A DNA stretch of 64,000 nt, from NCBI GenBank assembly GCA_965112155.1, contig OZ218105.1; one strand, 5' to 3'. How positions within the stretch are numbered: the stretch's first letter is position 1; each line of letters opens with the position of its first letter. Made by a program: the position numbers and the translations under genes. The notes beneath the pieces are model-generated. The model searched no databases and was not told where the DNA came from. It saw only the letters and a list, made by a program, of their open reading frames with translations. Below, in pieces: positions 63,783-64,000 of the stretch. This stretch comes from Podarcis liolepis. Lineage: Eukaryota.

Positions 63783-64000
63783 AATTAAAGTAACATTCCA
63801 AATATCACCATTTCATTGTGTATAACTTATAACATTATTTCAGTAAAACCAGGCACCCTTCCTGATCATTTCATTCCTGGCCTATTCACTACTTTAGTTT
63901 AGACATTTTAGAAGCCCCATATATTTATATATTTTTTCATTTCTTACCACAAATAACTTCTAGAAATTAGAAATATATCTGATTTTATTGCCATCTTGTC

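Overview
Vertebrate genomic DNA, most likely a squamate reptile (it carries a Sauria-SINE-like element plus CR1, L2 and MITE repeats). The window is part of the variable region of a clustered protocadherin-gamma locus on the minus strand. It holds ten full-length variable exons of about 2.4 kb (signal peptide, 6 cadherin repeats, TM, variable cytoplasmic segment): seven gamma-A-like and three gamma-B-like. Each has a 33-bp conserved promoter element (CSE, a CTCF site) about 200 bp upstream of its ATG and ends at a phase-0 GTGAG donor. The shared constant exons are not in the window. One gamma-A exon carries a single in-frame stop, and there are three exon relics. About 16.1-39.5 kb is a recent tandem duplication. 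It is best explained by unequal crossing-over between two divergent gamma-A exons through their homogenised EC5-end/EC6 block, which left a chimeric, now nonsense-mutated, exon at the junction. Patchwork gene conversion is visible in both subfamilies, and half of the CSEs have lost their CpG. Intergenic DNA holds many transposon fragments and one assembly gap. All alignments were done by eye, so identities are estimates.
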